The notes beneath the pieces were generated by a model that did not search any database, was not told where the DNA came from, and saw only the letters and a program-made list of their open reading frames with translations. A DNA stretch of 64,000 nucleotides. It comes from Rhynchobatus australiae (taxonomy: Eukaryota). Location: the NCBI GenBank assembly GCA_034780895.1, contig JAUZTB010000076.1:27215604-27279603 (forward strand), given 5' to 3'. The translations under genes were made by a program, and so were the position numbers. Positions 39,464 through 53,654 of this stretch are shown here, one piece after another; the stretch's first letter is position 1, and each line of letters opens with the position of its first letter.

Positions 39464-40015
39464 GTAAATACATCTTACTGAAAAGGGTAGAAGTACTTGC
39501 TCAGTACTAGTGAATTCTTATATTGCTTGAGCAAATAATGAACTTGGACTGCCCAGTTTAAATATTTTTAGGCCTGAAAGTACTATCTTGGAATGATTGA
39601 ATTAAAGGCTCATGATCATGGGAAAGATTAGACTGTTCAGTTTCTTTAGTCTCTTCAACTATTCAGTGTGGTCATGGATGGTCTGTGACCTAATTCCATA
39701 AATTCACTTGATTCTTTCCATATCCTTTAATCTGTCAATCTCAGATTTTAAGTCACAAATTGCTGTAGCATTATTTGGCATTTGCTGAAGAGAATTCCAA
39801 ATTTTTACTGTCCTGCTGAATACTTTCCCAAAATATAAAATGTTTATGTATGCTACAGATTTACAGCTACAAATCAGGGTTCATTCCATATCAATTGTAA
39901 TTAATTTAACTCTGCATACTCCTATGAAATCTTGAGGTTTGATATGTGCCACTTGTACACTTTGTCTTTCTTTTCCTGAAGCAAACATTATTTTGCACTT
40001 TTCTGTTTTAACCAG

Positions 40016-40083
40016 AAATGGCCCAGTTAACCAGCTATGACAGTGGCAATACAGAACCCCCAGAAACTGATGATTCTTTAGAT
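40016..40083 (+). CDS. MAST2: MAST2-like exon (EMAQLTSYDSGNTEPPETDDSLD)
   Basis: Pyrimidine tract then accag| acceptor; GAT|gtgagt donor; 68 nt, phase 1 to 0. Confidence 0.9.
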
Positions 40084-40554
40084 GTGAGTATTGTTGGTCA
40101 AACCCAAAAAGTTCAACTATTTTGCTTTCAAATAAAACATAGCAAACAGGTTCCGCAATTTAAATTGACACACCTGACAGCATATTGTGTAAACTTTTTA
40201 CAATGGCTTGTCGGTTACTGCAAAGTAATGCTGAGCACCTTAGGTCCTTAAAGGAAATTATGTTTTCTCTTTACATGTGACAGCAGCTTCTATTTACATT
40301 GCACTTACAACATAGTAAAGTTCCTTACTGTAACATTAGAGTATCAGCAACTCAAGATACAGTCACCAAATGTGTAGATCTCAAAACTGGAATGATCAAG
40401 AGGGTAGAATTGAATGAGAGCAGATAGCTTGGAACATTGTAAGACTAAATGAGGTTATAGAAATAGTAAGGGAAGAGGTCGTGGATGAAAGCAAGGATAT
40501 GAATTTTACTTTTGAGGTGTTGCTTAACTGAAAACCAGTGTAGAGCTCAGGGCT

Positions 40555-40845
40555 AAAGAACATCTATCACTAAGGACCCTCACCACCCAGGGCATGCCGT
40601 CTTCTCATTACTACCATTGGGGAGGAGGTACACACTCCTGAAGACCCAAACTGAACAATTTAGGAACAGCTTCTTCCCCTCTGCTGTCAGATTTATGAAC
40701 GGTTCATGAACACTACCTCGTTATTCCTTTGCACAATTTATTTATTTTTTAATTTATAGTAATTTTTATGTCTTTGCAATGTACCGCTGCCACAAAACAA
40801 TAAATTTCACGTCATATAAGTCAGTGATAATAAGCCTGATTCTGA
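40555..40845 (+). mobile_element. Rex1/Babar LINE 3' end, second subfamily
   Basis: SITKDPHHPGHAVFSLLPLGRRY..LKTQTEQFRNSFFPSAVRFMN followed by a ctgattctga tail. Confidence 0.8.
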
Positions 40846-40889
40846 ATGAACAGAACTTTGTGAGCTGGTAATGGTTTGGGCAGTTTTAA

Positions 40890-41507
40890 ATGAGGAAGTA
40901 TTGATGAAGCTCTCTGGGGCACTGGTGAGGCCTCATTTGGAATATTGTGTGCAGTTCTGGGCCCCATATCTTAGGAAGGATGTGCTGTTGATGGAGAGTG
41001 TTCAGAGGAGATTCACGAGGATGGTTCCTGGAATGAAAGGGCTGATGTATGATGAGTGCTTGTCGGCTCTTGGACTGTACTCACTGGAGTACAGAAGGAT
41101 GAGAGGGGATCTCATTGAAATGTTTAAAATGTTGAAAAGAATGGACAAAATTCATACAGCCAAGCTGTTTCCCTTGATGGGTGAGTCCAGGACCAGAGGG
41201 CACAATCTTAAGATTAGAGGGTACAAGTTTAGAACAGAGACGAGGAGAAATTTTTTCAGCCGGAGGGTAGTGAGTTTGTGGAATTCCTTTCAGATCATCG
41301 GGTGCATTTGAGGAGGAGATAGACAGATTTCTAATTAGTCAAGGTATCGAGGGTTATGGGGATAAGGCAGGAAATTGCGGATGATTTTTTTTTCCTCTCT
41401 TCTTATCTTCCCCACCCCCCCCCTTCTCCCTCTTATTTCCATGTCCATGGAGCAGGCTCGATGGGCCGAATAGCCTTGTTCTGCTCCCTTATCTTGTGAT
41501 CTTGTGA
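40890..41507 (+). mobile_element. Young 5'-truncated CR1 LINE
   Basis: ORF 40871..41311 reads LVRPHLEYCVQFWAPYLRKD..VQRRFTRMVPGM..RMRGDLIE..TRGHNL..RNFFSRRVV; gatgggccgaatagcct tail. Confidence 0.9.
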
Positions 41508-43399
41508 AATGCTTCCTTGAAGTCAAGGTCAGTCACCCTCACCTCACTGCCATGTTTGGACCAAGGCTCTGAAGAGTGGTCCTGATAGAACCCAAACTGG
41601 GTATTGGTGATAGATTATTGGTGAGTAAGTGCCACAGTGGCTTCCATCTGATGACTGGTCAGTAATTCATAGGAATTACAAATTTGGTATATACAACCAG
41701 GATCCAGCAGAATGGTTGGTGTATACGTGGTCAGACTAAAGATACTGTCAAAAAGGTGCAACTTGAAGACATTTTTACACCAGGCATTGCCGGATTACTT
41801 AGATTGCAGGATGGCAAATGAAAAAACTCAATCGAAACTATTTGAAATGCTGGACTTAATATTGAAGAGGACCTGCAGGATATCAGCCAGCATGGATCTG
41901 GCACTTAAGGCTGTGAAGCAGTGTCACTCTGCACAATTTGGAAGCAGGCCCACAGAATGGAAGTGGTGGCATTATCATCTTCGCCACAGCCAAGTCATGT
42001 GGACAAGTCCGTGCAAGGGAAAGCAGTGGGTCAGGATGATGCAAAAGGTAGCATCTTGCAAATCTGGCATAGGGGTAGTGCTGAAGCAGATGAGACTGTG
42101 TGAGTTATGGGAAGGAGTTCAATATCCACAAATCTTTTGTTTATGGAGCTACTGAAAGGCCTGAACTAAGCAAATGAGCTGGATGCTTAGAGAGAACTGT
42201 GTTTCAATGTGGAAGCAGTTCAAAGGTTCTGAAGAGATGACAAATGTCACATTCAGCATGGACTTACTGATGTCAGCCCAAAACATTGTAGCCAGGGTTC
42301 GACAAGAAGAACTGATAATAATCATGACCGAATTGCAAACATGGGAGACAATCCAAAGAGAGAAAGTCAGTGGTGGTGTCACTGTGACTTCAAAAGGATG
42401 CCAGGAGAGAGGAGACCTGGTGTCTACAGGGAGTCAGATGGAAGACAGGGTGAAAGATGGAGAACTTTAATAAAGAATTCAAGTGGAAATTTTTGTAATT
42501 GAATTTATGGTATCTAATAATGTACCAAGTATAACATATAATCATAACTCCTTTAGTAATTGATAAGTGTTATTAGCCTGTGTTAAGTTTATTGTTAACA
42601 GCTGATGCTTAAAGATGTAATTATATATATAAGGCTATTATGTTAAGATAGCAACTGTAATACAGGGTGAGAGATCAGCTGTACGTAAAGACTATCTAGA
42701 AAGGTGATCCACTGGGATTACTAGTGCCTGGAGTGGATGCTTCACAGATATTAGGTATTGCTCATAAGTCAAGAACTTTGAAGTTGAAAAGGCTGCAAGG
42801 TTGAATAAATATATATTTGGTTAGATTTACAGTTGTGCATACATCTCAGTAAATAACTGATTGGAACATTTCGTATCTGTGAATAGTGAGCATAGTATAA
42901 TTTTACATACGTAAATAGTTAATTGGGATTATTACTTTAAGGAGAAGTGTACTATGTGTGAGAGTCAGTGTACTTTTAAGTCCTGAGGGTACCAGGTATT
43001 ATGACTTTCAGTAAATCGTTTATCACCCACTGCTGTTGTTTGGGACTTTATTGCCTTCAGTAAAGGATATTTTCTTGGCCACTTTACTTCTATTATTTTG
43101 CATTAGTAAACTGCACCACCAAAGGGCGTACAGACACTTCTGTGTGTTACGGTTCATCTGCCACGTCTGCCCATCCTTCCAGCCTACTTATGTCATCCTG
43201 CCGTTTATTACTATCCTCATTATTTACTAGTTTTTGTGTCATCTATAAATTTGGAAACTTTCCTCTCCTGTGTCTGCTATTAATATAACANNNNNNNNNN
43301 NNNNNNNNNNNNNNNNNNNNNNNNNNNNNNNNNNNNNNNNNNNNNNNNNNNNNNNNNNNNNNNNNNNNNNNNNNNNNNNNNNNNNNNNNNGTAGGAACA

Positions 43400-44300
43400 G
43401 TGTAGGAGCAGGAAGAGAAACCCATTGCATGTTATTCTCTGGCTATGACAATTGCTAAGAATAGACCTAGGTGAGTGCAGTCTTTTCCAACAGGATAATG
43501 ATGGAGTGACATTACAGGATATGGTTGTGGTAAACTGTTAAAGGCTGCAGACAGGATAAGAAGGATAATGGTGTGCAGTTTCTCAGCTTGCATTTATATA
43601 GGAACTAATTTGTGACCTGAGTAAAGAAAACATTTTTGCAATGTGGAAGGATGGAAACTAGTGAAATTCAAACATGGAAAGATGCACATGGATTTAGAAG
43701 GTGAGAAAACATTCAATTCTGGAGTATGGAATGGCAAGTGAGTTTGGAAATGGGGGTGATCTTTTGCAAGAAGGAAGGGATCAAATGGATTTTTGTGCAG
43801 AGGTGATGATTGCTGATTTGAAGGTAAAGGAGCAGTAACAAGAGAGAGAGCCCTTAGTTGTATCAAAATACAAATGGTTTAGGAAGAGAATCAGGATGGC
43901 TGGCAGTATACGAAGGGAGTAGAGTCAAGGGAGAAGGTGTTAGATCTCATAGTCATGGGGAAGAAGTGAACGGAGGTGGCATTCAATGATGTATGTACAT
44001 TGAGGGCTAAAATGAGTGAGATCCTAGAGAAAATTTTGCCCTGAGGGGTAAAGGAATGGAGGAGAATGCTGAGGCAGCTGAATGGATTGTCTCAATCTTG
44101 GTGAAAAAGATTATGTGTACTTTGTTCTTGGATGTAAGATTCAGGGGAGATGGGTTTAAGAAGGTGCTTTGCAGGAAGTAAGAAAGGAAGCAAAATTGAT
44201 CCTGGATACTAAGCAGCCTCAACGGGGCAGAACAAAGCCTGATAGTGCTTTGTGGTCTAGCTAGATCAGAAGATGAACAGCTTAGTCATTTGTTAACATC
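43400..44300 (-). mobile_element. Old LINE (L2-like) relic
   Basis: Long purine-skewed block resembling reverse-complemented L2 ORF2; no intact frame. Confidence 0.4.
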
Positions 44301-44747
44301 TGCATTAAAGTCTATATCCCTTGTATGTAAGGGAGCAAAAACGAGGGCTGCTCCAGGAAAGTTGGCTATTATTTTGTGACATGCGGTGCCTTACAAATTA
44401 CATTAATGAGATCCAATTAGTGACATCCTCAACAGAGTTTTCAGTTGAAAAGCAAAGGAGAATTATACATGCTGCAGGGGAATTGATGATATTTTCAGAA
44501 ATGTTAAATCTCTCAATAAAGCACCATTAATCTCTCAATAATGCACCGTTTATCTCTGCAAAATACTCAACAGTTTATCCTTTTTCAAGTTGTTACTTTG
44601 TCCTTAATAGCCTCATTTTTATTTATAGGGTAAAGGGCATTTTGTGTTTAAAAATATTTGACATATTTATTTACTTTAATGAATGCATGATGCATATAGT
44701 TAACTGCTAGCAGAGTATCAGAATTGTTCAATTATGATTGCTTTCAG

Positions 44748-44833
44748 GGTCGTGGCGCTACATTTAATGTAAAGAAAACCCCGTGTGAGGAAGACTTCGA
44801 AAACCTGAAGCTGATTAGCAACGGAGCCTATGG
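44748..44833 (+). CDS. MAST2: MAST2-like exon, start of kinase domain (GRGATFNVKKTPCEEDFENLKLISNGAYG)
   Basis: ctttcag| acceptor and GG|gtaaag donor; 86 nt, phase 0 to 2; MAST-type glycine loop SNGAYG. Confidence 0.93.
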
Positions 44834-45939
44834 GTAAAGCTTTTCATTCTTTAACAGAGAGCTTAGTGATCCATTCCCCCTTTTCATTGTTACTAAAGTA
44901 AGGACTTATTCCTTGATTGGTGAGTATCTATGACATTGTCAGAGGACTACAACTTGGACAGGATGGCAGTGAAAGCAATGCAGTTAAAGTGAAACAACCA
45001 ATGAAGATTCTCCTTTGCTCTTCCCAGGTGACTGCAACTTGAAAGATATGAACGTAAGTAACACCAACCAAGGGAGACTAAAAAAAACCCAAGACTTTGA
45101 ACTGTCCTCTATGAAATCACAATAGGTTTTGTAGGTTAGAAATCCCTCACGGGGCCCAGCCCAGATGTTGGAGCTGAAAATTTGTCCGTTCTCATCCTTG
45201 CAATCTCATAAGAATGTACTTAAATATAAAATGGTTGCAAATCTATGCAAACCTGCATAAGCAGTTGGGGTCCAAAGAACTTGCACCTTATATTCTCTAA
45301 GGATGAAAATTAAAATTTCAGTTTGGTTGACCATCATTTAGATATAGTATGCTTAAGAACCAGCAAAAGGAAAATCTTTTCAATGAAGGTATTTTAAATG
45401 AAACACCCTGAAGATTTCAGTGCACATCAGAAAAATGATTTTTTCTGCTCCACTTAAAATCTGGTTGTCTTTTGAAGATGGCCTCCAGCAAGTATAGTTG
45501 GTGGAAGATCATATATGAGGCTTATTAACTTGATAAGGTAGTTATTATTAGGGAAAGAGATGTGATTGGAAGGTGGGATTGATAAATTATAAAAGATCAA
45601 GGACATTTTGGCATATTAAACACATAATTTGGGGTCAAAATTCTGCAAAATGCTAAACTGTGTATTTGATCTGTGCTCAGATTGCATATGTTTTGGGATG
45701 TATTTATTTGGGATGCTCCAGACCAGTTATTATGTTTCAGCCAAAGAAGTAGGACTGGTAAACAAATGCATGCCTTTACCACTTCTAATATACTGCTTAT
45801 TTAAGATTACTTATGTAGACAGTCGGTCACCATATGTGTGTTGAACAGTTAACCAGGTATGAAATACAATGAAAATGTCACTCTTTAGATTAAATGATTT
45901 AACTTGCCATATGCTTAATATGATGTGAGGTAACATGGA

Positions 45940-46576
45940 TTTAGAATTGGTTTATTATTAACACTTGTACCGAGGTACAGTGAAAAACTTGTCTTGCATA
46001 CCATTCATACAGATCAATTCATTACATAGTGCATTGAGGTAGTACAGGATAAAACAATACAGAATGCAGAATAAAGTGTAACAGATATAGAGGAAGTGCA
46101 GTGCAGGTAGACAGTAAGGAGCAAGGTCATAACAAGGTAGACTATGAGGTTAAGAGTCCATTTTATCGCACTACGGAACTGTTCAATAGTCTTAAAACAG
46201 CAGGATAGAAGCTGTCCTTGAGCCTGGTGGTATGTGCTTTCAGGCTTTTGNNNNNNNNNNNNNNNNNNNNNNNNNNNNNNNNNNNNNNNNNNNNNNNNNN
46301 NNNNNNNNNNNNNNNNNNNNNNNNNNNNNNNNNNNNNNNNNNNNNNNNNNNNNNNNNNNNNNNNNNNNNNNNNNNNNNNNNNNNNNNNNNNNNNNNNNNN
46401 NNNNNNNNNNNNNNNNNNNNNNNNNNNNNNNNNNNNNNNNNNACCAAGCTGTGATGCATCCAGGCAGGATGCTTTCTTTGGTGCATCAATAAAAATTGGA
46501 GCGTGTCAAAGGGGATGTGCCAAATTTCTTTAGCCTCCTGAGGAAATAAAGACACTGGTGAGCTTTCTTGGCCATG
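45940..46576 (-). mobile_element. Rex1/Babar LINE 3' part (contains a gap)
   Basis: KSLKAHTTRLKDSFYPAVLRLLN on the minus strand; UTR homologous to 1-338. Confidence 0.85.
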
Positions 46577-46728
46577 TATACTAACATGCTACCATGTTAC
46601 TAGAAGAACATTGCCATTTTACTAGTATTTCTTTGCCAACTGTTGTTGTTTCTGATAATAGAATTTTGTTGTTCTGCTCCTGTCATTACAGGAGTAAGTA
46701 ATTGGTACAATGTGCACATTTCTTACAG

Positions 46729-46937
46729 AGCAGTCCATCTTGTGAGGCATAAGGAAACACGACAGAGGTTTGCTATGAAGAAAATTAACAAGCAAAACCT
46801 CATTCTACGGAACCAAATCCAGCAAGCATTTGTTGAAAGAGATATCCTGACTTTTGCTGAAAACCCTTTTGTTGTAAGCATGTTCTGCTCTTTTGAGACA
46901 AAACGGCATCTTTGTATGGTGATTGAATATGTAGAAG
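46729..46937 (+). CDS. MAST2: MAST2-like kinase exon ([23 protein letters not shown]...[10 protein letters not shown])
   Basis: cttacag| acceptor and G|gtaagt donor; 209 nt, phase 2 to 1; catalytic Lys (AMK) and helix-C Glu (VERD). Confidence 0.95.
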
Positions 46938-48467
46938 GTAAGTAATTTAATTGCTTGAGTTTAGGTGAAATTTTCAAAAAACAGTCCCTTATTAATGCTT
47001 CCACTGGAGGATTCTGTTGTCATAACATTTATCATTTTGTCATTTCCTTTCTCAATTGAACTGCAGTAGGGTTTTAGAGTCTCGCAGTACAGACATGTCC
47101 CTTTTGACCCAACATNNNNNNNNNNNNNNNNNNNNNNNNNNNNNNNNNNNNNNNNNNNNNNNNNNNNNNNNNNNNNNNNNNNNNNNNNNNNNNNNNNNNN
47201 NNNNNNNNNNNNNNNTGCTCATGCTGTAAGATCTTCATTTTACAGTGTATAAATGCCTGAAGTTCAACACAATCTAACTTTGTTGCAACGGAGAAGACAA
47301 CAGCTTAAACTGGGAATCACTGACTAGTTTTGGATTTACACTTTAATCCACGCCGGCATGAAACTCTTGAATTTTATATCAGTTTCACCATGCGATAATA
47401 ACAGGCATTGTTCATTTCAATGCCATTATAACTTAAGAATTCTGGCCATGGGGCCATGAATTTCATTTAACTTTTAACTGCAGTGGCTACAGGTGAATGT
47501 TGGCTTGATTATTTTTGCATAAAGTAACCATGACTAACCATGACTCACCAAGCATCAAAACAACAATTATCTTATTGGTCTCATTTGTGGATGTAAATAC
47601 TTCTTTAGTCTTCCAATTTTCCAATTCACCTGAAATCAATGAATCCTGTAAGACTAAACCAATGGACAGATTTAGCATTTGTCTGGTTGAAATGATCCAT
47701 TGTTAACCTGATTCTTCTGTACTGCTCATGAAATTGGATCTAATTTTTTCTCATCAGACATGTTCCATAAATTTCTGATTCTTGCTTAACAATTCATCTT
47801 GAGTCATTATATGTGGGCCGTGCAGTATAGGACCTTAGTTTTGTCTGGTATGTTTTCTGTCTGATGTCTGATGACATCATTGTTTTCACAAGCAAATTTC
47901 TATGAAAACAATGGACTATTTGTAAAATGTGTTCTTAGCTAATAACAAACAGAAATTATTGCATGTGCAGAAAAAGAGGTTTCTGCCTTTTAAGTGTCCA
48001 TGCAAGTTCAAAATCTCAACAAAGATTGGCATGTCTGATTTAAAATAGATTGGTATGCAAACCTGTATCATTGAACTTTCCATTATTGTTATTCCAGGCC
48101 ATTGGTTCCACTGTGAGCCTGCAAATGCTTATACTTTGGATCTCTTTTTTAAGATCTGTCTAAATCTCTCTAGATTGCTCTATATAATTTTTCTAGATCC
48201 ATATCTTTATTTTAACTTGTATTCTGAGGTGAAATATCAATCTCAAAAGTATTTTGCTAATAATGTACCGAGTACTAAAATTTTAAATGTATTTTTAGTT
48301 ATAGTAGAACTTCATTGTTGATCAGCTTGGTGAAAAGCTGGCTAAATACCTACAGGGGATAACTGGGTTCACAGCAGAAATGTTTGAAAGTTTTCAAAAG
48401 ATATTTTTCTCACTATTTATTGAAGTAAGCGATTGTTGATAGATTAATTTCCTCAGTATTTAGCCTA

Positions 48468-50400
48468 TCTAACATAAGTAAGAGCCTAAGGGGGCCAATT
48501 GGCCTGCGCCACCATATCAGTCAGATCATGGCTGATCCAATCATGGCCTCTACACTGCTTTCCCATGTCTCACCATACGCTTTAACTTCAATGTAGTTCA
48601 AATATCTATCAATCTCCATCTTGAATATATTCAGATACTCCATCTTTGCTGTTCCCTGGGATGCAAGATTTTGAAGGGTCATCACCCTCTGAGAGAAGAA
48701 CATTCTCCTCATCTCTGTCAAAATGAACAACCCCTGATTCTGAAACAATTCTCCATAATTTTAGACACCCTCACTTGGGGAAACATCCCCTCAGTATATA
48801 CTGTGTCAATAATGTTCAAAAGCTTATATGTTTCAATAAGATCACCTCTTATTCTTCTAAAATTCTTTATTTATAATGCCAGCCTGCTCAACCTTTGCAA
48901 TAATGGCCAAGATTTCTACAGCCTTCCTACTTGCCTGCTGTACCTGCATTTGTGTTTCACTTTGTGTTTCACTTACTCGAGCATTTTGTAGTTTCACTCT
49001 GTTTAAATAATAATGTTCATTTTTGTTTTTTCTTCCAAAATGGATAATCTCCCATTTTCCAACTTTATACTGCATATGCCAACTTTTTGTTCGCTCATTT
49101 AACCTATCTACATCTCTTTACTCTTTGTGTCCTACACAAAATATACCGACCAATGCTATCATTATATGATCAGAAAATTGTATATAGTTGAGGCCCCAAT
49201 ATTGATCCCTGTGTCTCCCCACCAGTTACTCATTGCCAATATGAAAAAAAAATATCCTGACTTTCTGTTTTATTTTGTTATATTGGCATGGATAGGCTAC
49301 TACCCTATCGAGACCAGTGTATTACCCCTAATCTCACATGCTCTTGCCATGTACAGTTACCTTTCCTGTGGCACCTGATTGAATGCCTTCTGGAAATTAA
49401 AATACACCATGTCTACTGGCCCCCCTTTATCTAACCTGTTCATTACNNNNNNNNNNNNNNNNNNNGCATACTTATCAAACACACTTGCCTGTTCATAAAA
49501 TTGCATTAACTGTGCTTGATAGTACAATGATTTCCTAAATGTCCTTTAATTGTAGGACACTAGCTTCAGACCCAAGTTTCTCATTCTCAGACTGAATTTC
49601 TACTTCCACCATGCTATGGTAACTCTTTCCCAGGGAATCCTTTATCACGAGATCACTAATTCTGCATCATTACATAATACCAGATCTAAAATTGGCTGCT
49701 CCCTGTTTTGTTCCTTGATCTATTGTTCCAAGGCTACCTTTGTCAATTTGATATTTGTCAATCTGTATAAAGATTATTATAGTACTTTTCCTGTTATCCC
49801 CCAGTATTGCCTGATTTACCTGCAGTATGGTTGTAGATAGGGGGCCTGAATCTGCTCCCATATGGCTTCTTCCCCTTACTATTTCTTAGTTTCACTCATT
49901 CTATCCTTGAGCTTCTGAACCATAATCATTCTGCAGCGAGCCGACCTTTTATTAACAGAACCACCCTACCACTTTTTCTGGCCTGCCAGTACTCCTGAGA
50001 TATTAAAGAGCCTTGAGAATCCAGTTCCTCACTTCAGGCACTTGCAACCATGTCTTGCATTGGTTATCAGATTAAACCCATTTATTTCCATTAGTGCTAT
50101 CAACTCATCTATCTTATCACAAATGCTACAAATACAAATTAAAGAGCTTTTAATTTTATCTTACTATTTTGCCTTACTCTAACTCTTGTCCCAGTAGTGC
50201 ATTCTCATGCTTGTGTGCCTTGCCTCTTCCTGTTACATCGTCTTATCATTACCTGTGTTATTGCCCTGCACTATTGCCTTCCCCTTTCTCTTTGTTTTCC
50301 GAAACATACCTTAACCTGAACCCCTTTTAAATTTTTCTCACATAAGATTCTGTTCTCAGATTCCCATCCCCGTCAAATATTGTTACAACAGCTAATCTGT
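48468..50400 (-). mobile_element. Degenerate CR1 LINE
   Basis: ORFs 48521..48748 (EMRRMFFSQRV) and 48857..49075 (MQYKVGKWEIIHFGRKN); CR1 tail at 48470-48560. Confidence 0.8.
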
Positions 50401-50813
50401 TAAATAAATCTTTCAACACTAATATCCCTGTCATCCACTAACATATTGTGCCCTCATTGGTAATGTTAACTTCTGGAGAATTTTAGTAGATGTGGTTGAA
50501 AATAAGAAAGAAATGAGTAGTTGATGGTCGGTGCAGACTCAATGGGCCAAATACCCTGTTTCTGTACTGTATCTTTCTGTAACTCTATGATTGTAAAGAA
50601 TATTCTGAATATCAGAATGGCTCAGTTATTTGGATGAAAGTTAGAGTTAACGTTGATTTCAAAATAGAAGTTTAATAGAATGGCCAAACTAATAAAATTA
50701 GAGCACTGGTCAGAGTTTAAGGTTCAATGATATTCATGCTCTTAAGAAATGTTATAAGGTAAATTTTCATTTTCACATTTCTGGAACTATTATGAGGCCA
50801 AGTATCTCAATAA

Positions 50814-51029
<216 letters not shown>

Positions 51030-51469
51030 TGAAGTGCTTGCATTTCTTGCATGTTGGGTATCTTTCTGATTTGTAGATTTAGTTGTTGTGAATAACAATT
51101 TATAAACCAGATGACATCAATATAATTGAACATATGGATGTGTGTATGATCTCAGTCTAGTTGTTAAGAGTTGTATCAAGATGTAGATGGCAGGAGACCA
51201 ATCATTGNNNNNNNNNNNNNNNNNNNNNNNNNNNNNNNNNNNNNNNNNNNNNNNNNNNNNNNNNNNNNNNNNNNNNNNNNNNNNNNNNNNNNNNNNNNNN
51301 NNNNNNNNNNNNNNNNNNNNNNNNNNNNNNNNNNNNNNNNNNNNNNNNNNNNTAATGAGTATTATTATAAACAAAAAAAGTCTGGTGATCTTGAGTGATA
51401 GCCATGGTCAGTGCAAACACTCTCACCTCTGACTTGGGAGTTTCCAGTCCGATTTGACAGGTTCAGAAA

Positions 51470-51720
51470 AGTACTGGGGAAGTATTACAACCTTAGAGAA
51501 TATTGTCTTTTTAATCAGACATTGAGCAGGCATCGTCTTTCCCCTCAAGTGGCATTATTCAAGTATGAGCAAGGGAGTTCTCCTCATGTACTGGCCAATG
51601 TTTTCTTCCTCAACTGACATGACTAAAGCAAATTATTATTGCTGTCTGTGCGCAATTGCATTCTGACACTACAGTGGTGACTACATTGAGAAAGTTCTTC
51701 ACTGGAAATAATGCAGCACT
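51470..51720 (+). mobile_element. DeuSINE (SacSINE1/AmnSINE-type core) relic
   Basis: ggcattattcaagtatgagcaagggagttctcctcatgtactggccaatgttttcttcctcaac resembles the Deu core as recalled. Confidence 0.65.
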
Positions 51721-53456
51721 ATGTTTATGCTTACATTTATCCAATCCTGTTGCTACCTTCTCAAATCCGTCAACTGCTGGGAGAATTAATTTCACTTTGT
51801 AAAGCAAAAAAAAACAAAGTATGAATTAATTGCTGATTATTTTTTTCTCACATTCTGGTATAAATGTACCAAAAATTTTGCAACCTTTTCAAAAATAATT
51901 TATTTTTATTCGAAGGAAAAGATGTGTATTTGATTTTTATATCTATTCATTTCCATTTTAATACAGGGAATCCATAAATGCCATTATCAGCTTTACACAA
52001 CTATCAAATCACTTTAATATGTTTTCAGACAATATTTCGACATAGCTCAGAGACCAATAGTATCAGCCTAGAATAAAGGTATAAGGTTCTTCACAAATCT
52101 ACCTGGTCATTTATAGTAATCAGCCAACCTACTTCTCAGGTACAGAGCAAAGTTTCACAGTTACTCACTGTCTGTCTACTAAAGCTTCCCTCACAAAGCA
52201 CCATTTCAATTTCTGTCTTTTACCCTATTCCACATGTCCATCATGCAAAGTGCTACACTTGATTTTTCTTTTCTCTTTTAAATTTTCTGATCTTCTCTCC
52301 TTTCTTGCTTTTCTTTCACTCTGACTGCTACCCACATCGTTTTTTGCTGCATTTTCCAACCCCTTTGATTAATTGCTACTTTAGTCTTCTCCCCACTTCT
52401 GTTTGAGTCAAGCTAGTGGATTAACTTCTCTCCTCCTCCTTTTCCATCCATTTCCCAAGGTGCCAGACTTGCCATCTCCTCATATTTACACCTTTAAAAA
52501 AATTTGCTCTTCTTGGCCTGTAATTTACTATGTCCAAAATAAGCATTTTATAATAAACATAGTCTTTTCAGTGAATTATGGAGGTTCAGAAAAAATACAT
52601 TTCGTCATAATCTTTGTGATGATCCAGTAGTTGACTAGTCTTGTTGACAACAGCCTCAGGATAGCAAGTTCCAATGGACAGCTGCTGAATACTTCCCAAA
52701 GTCTCCAATGTTTACCACTGGGCATATGTAATGTTTGAAGATATTTACACCAAATGCCTGAACTTCTCTTTGGTACTTCCAATATTTTATCTGACATTCT
52801 TTAACAACTATCCTGTTTTTTGAATATGTATGAAATTTGTTAATTTCTAAGTTAAGTTTTATTTTTCTCTGGCACAGAGCAGTAGATAGTAGAAATTCTT
52901 TCATTTTCAATTTGTTTTAAAGTGAGCTCAATGATTATATGTTGCATTCACTTTTGGCTATATTTGGCCTATTAATTGACCCAAGGTACTCAAAAACACT
53001 TCTGTGGAAAGAAAAGGGTATCGAATTTGCAACAACCTAAAGTTATCCAAGTTACTGTTAAGATAGTTTATGTCAAGGAGCACTATTCAAAAAGCAAATT
53101 GTTTATCATTTTTGAGTTATAACATTGTCAATTGTAAAGCATACCACTAATAACCAAATGATTACATTAGTCTACAAAGTATCTTGCTTTGAACACAGGC
53201 CTCAAAACAGTGTCTGAACCTTTAGGTTAGATTAGTGTCGTGAATTCACTTCCATCTGAGTATTATTGATGTATACTCTTCCAAAATTTAGTACATTGGA
53301 AGTTTTGAAATACAGGCAATTTGACATTTGTACATCAACAACAGCTTTGCCCAATTCATTTATGAAAACTTTCTAGAGAGTTTGATTTTGAAGATGTTTT
53401 GGCAATCATATATCACAAAACCTGAGCTGTTTAAATAGCCTCTATTATTGACTTGA

Positions 53457-53654
<198 letters not shown>

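Noticed and set aside
40871-41311. 146-aa ORF as a nested host gene
   Set aside because: It is the C-terminus of CR1 ORF2 in a 5'-truncated insertion.
42579-42868. Possible solo LTR (TG...ACA with TATA-like and AATAAA motifs)
   Set aside because: No target-site duplication or second copy is visible, and these motifs are expected by chance in AT-rich DNA.
46681-46699. cag|GA|gtaagt as a micro-exon or alternative acceptor
   Set aside because: A 2-nt exon would frameshift and leave a 35-nt intron. Using the AG at 46690-46691 as acceptor gives an immediate in-frame TAA.
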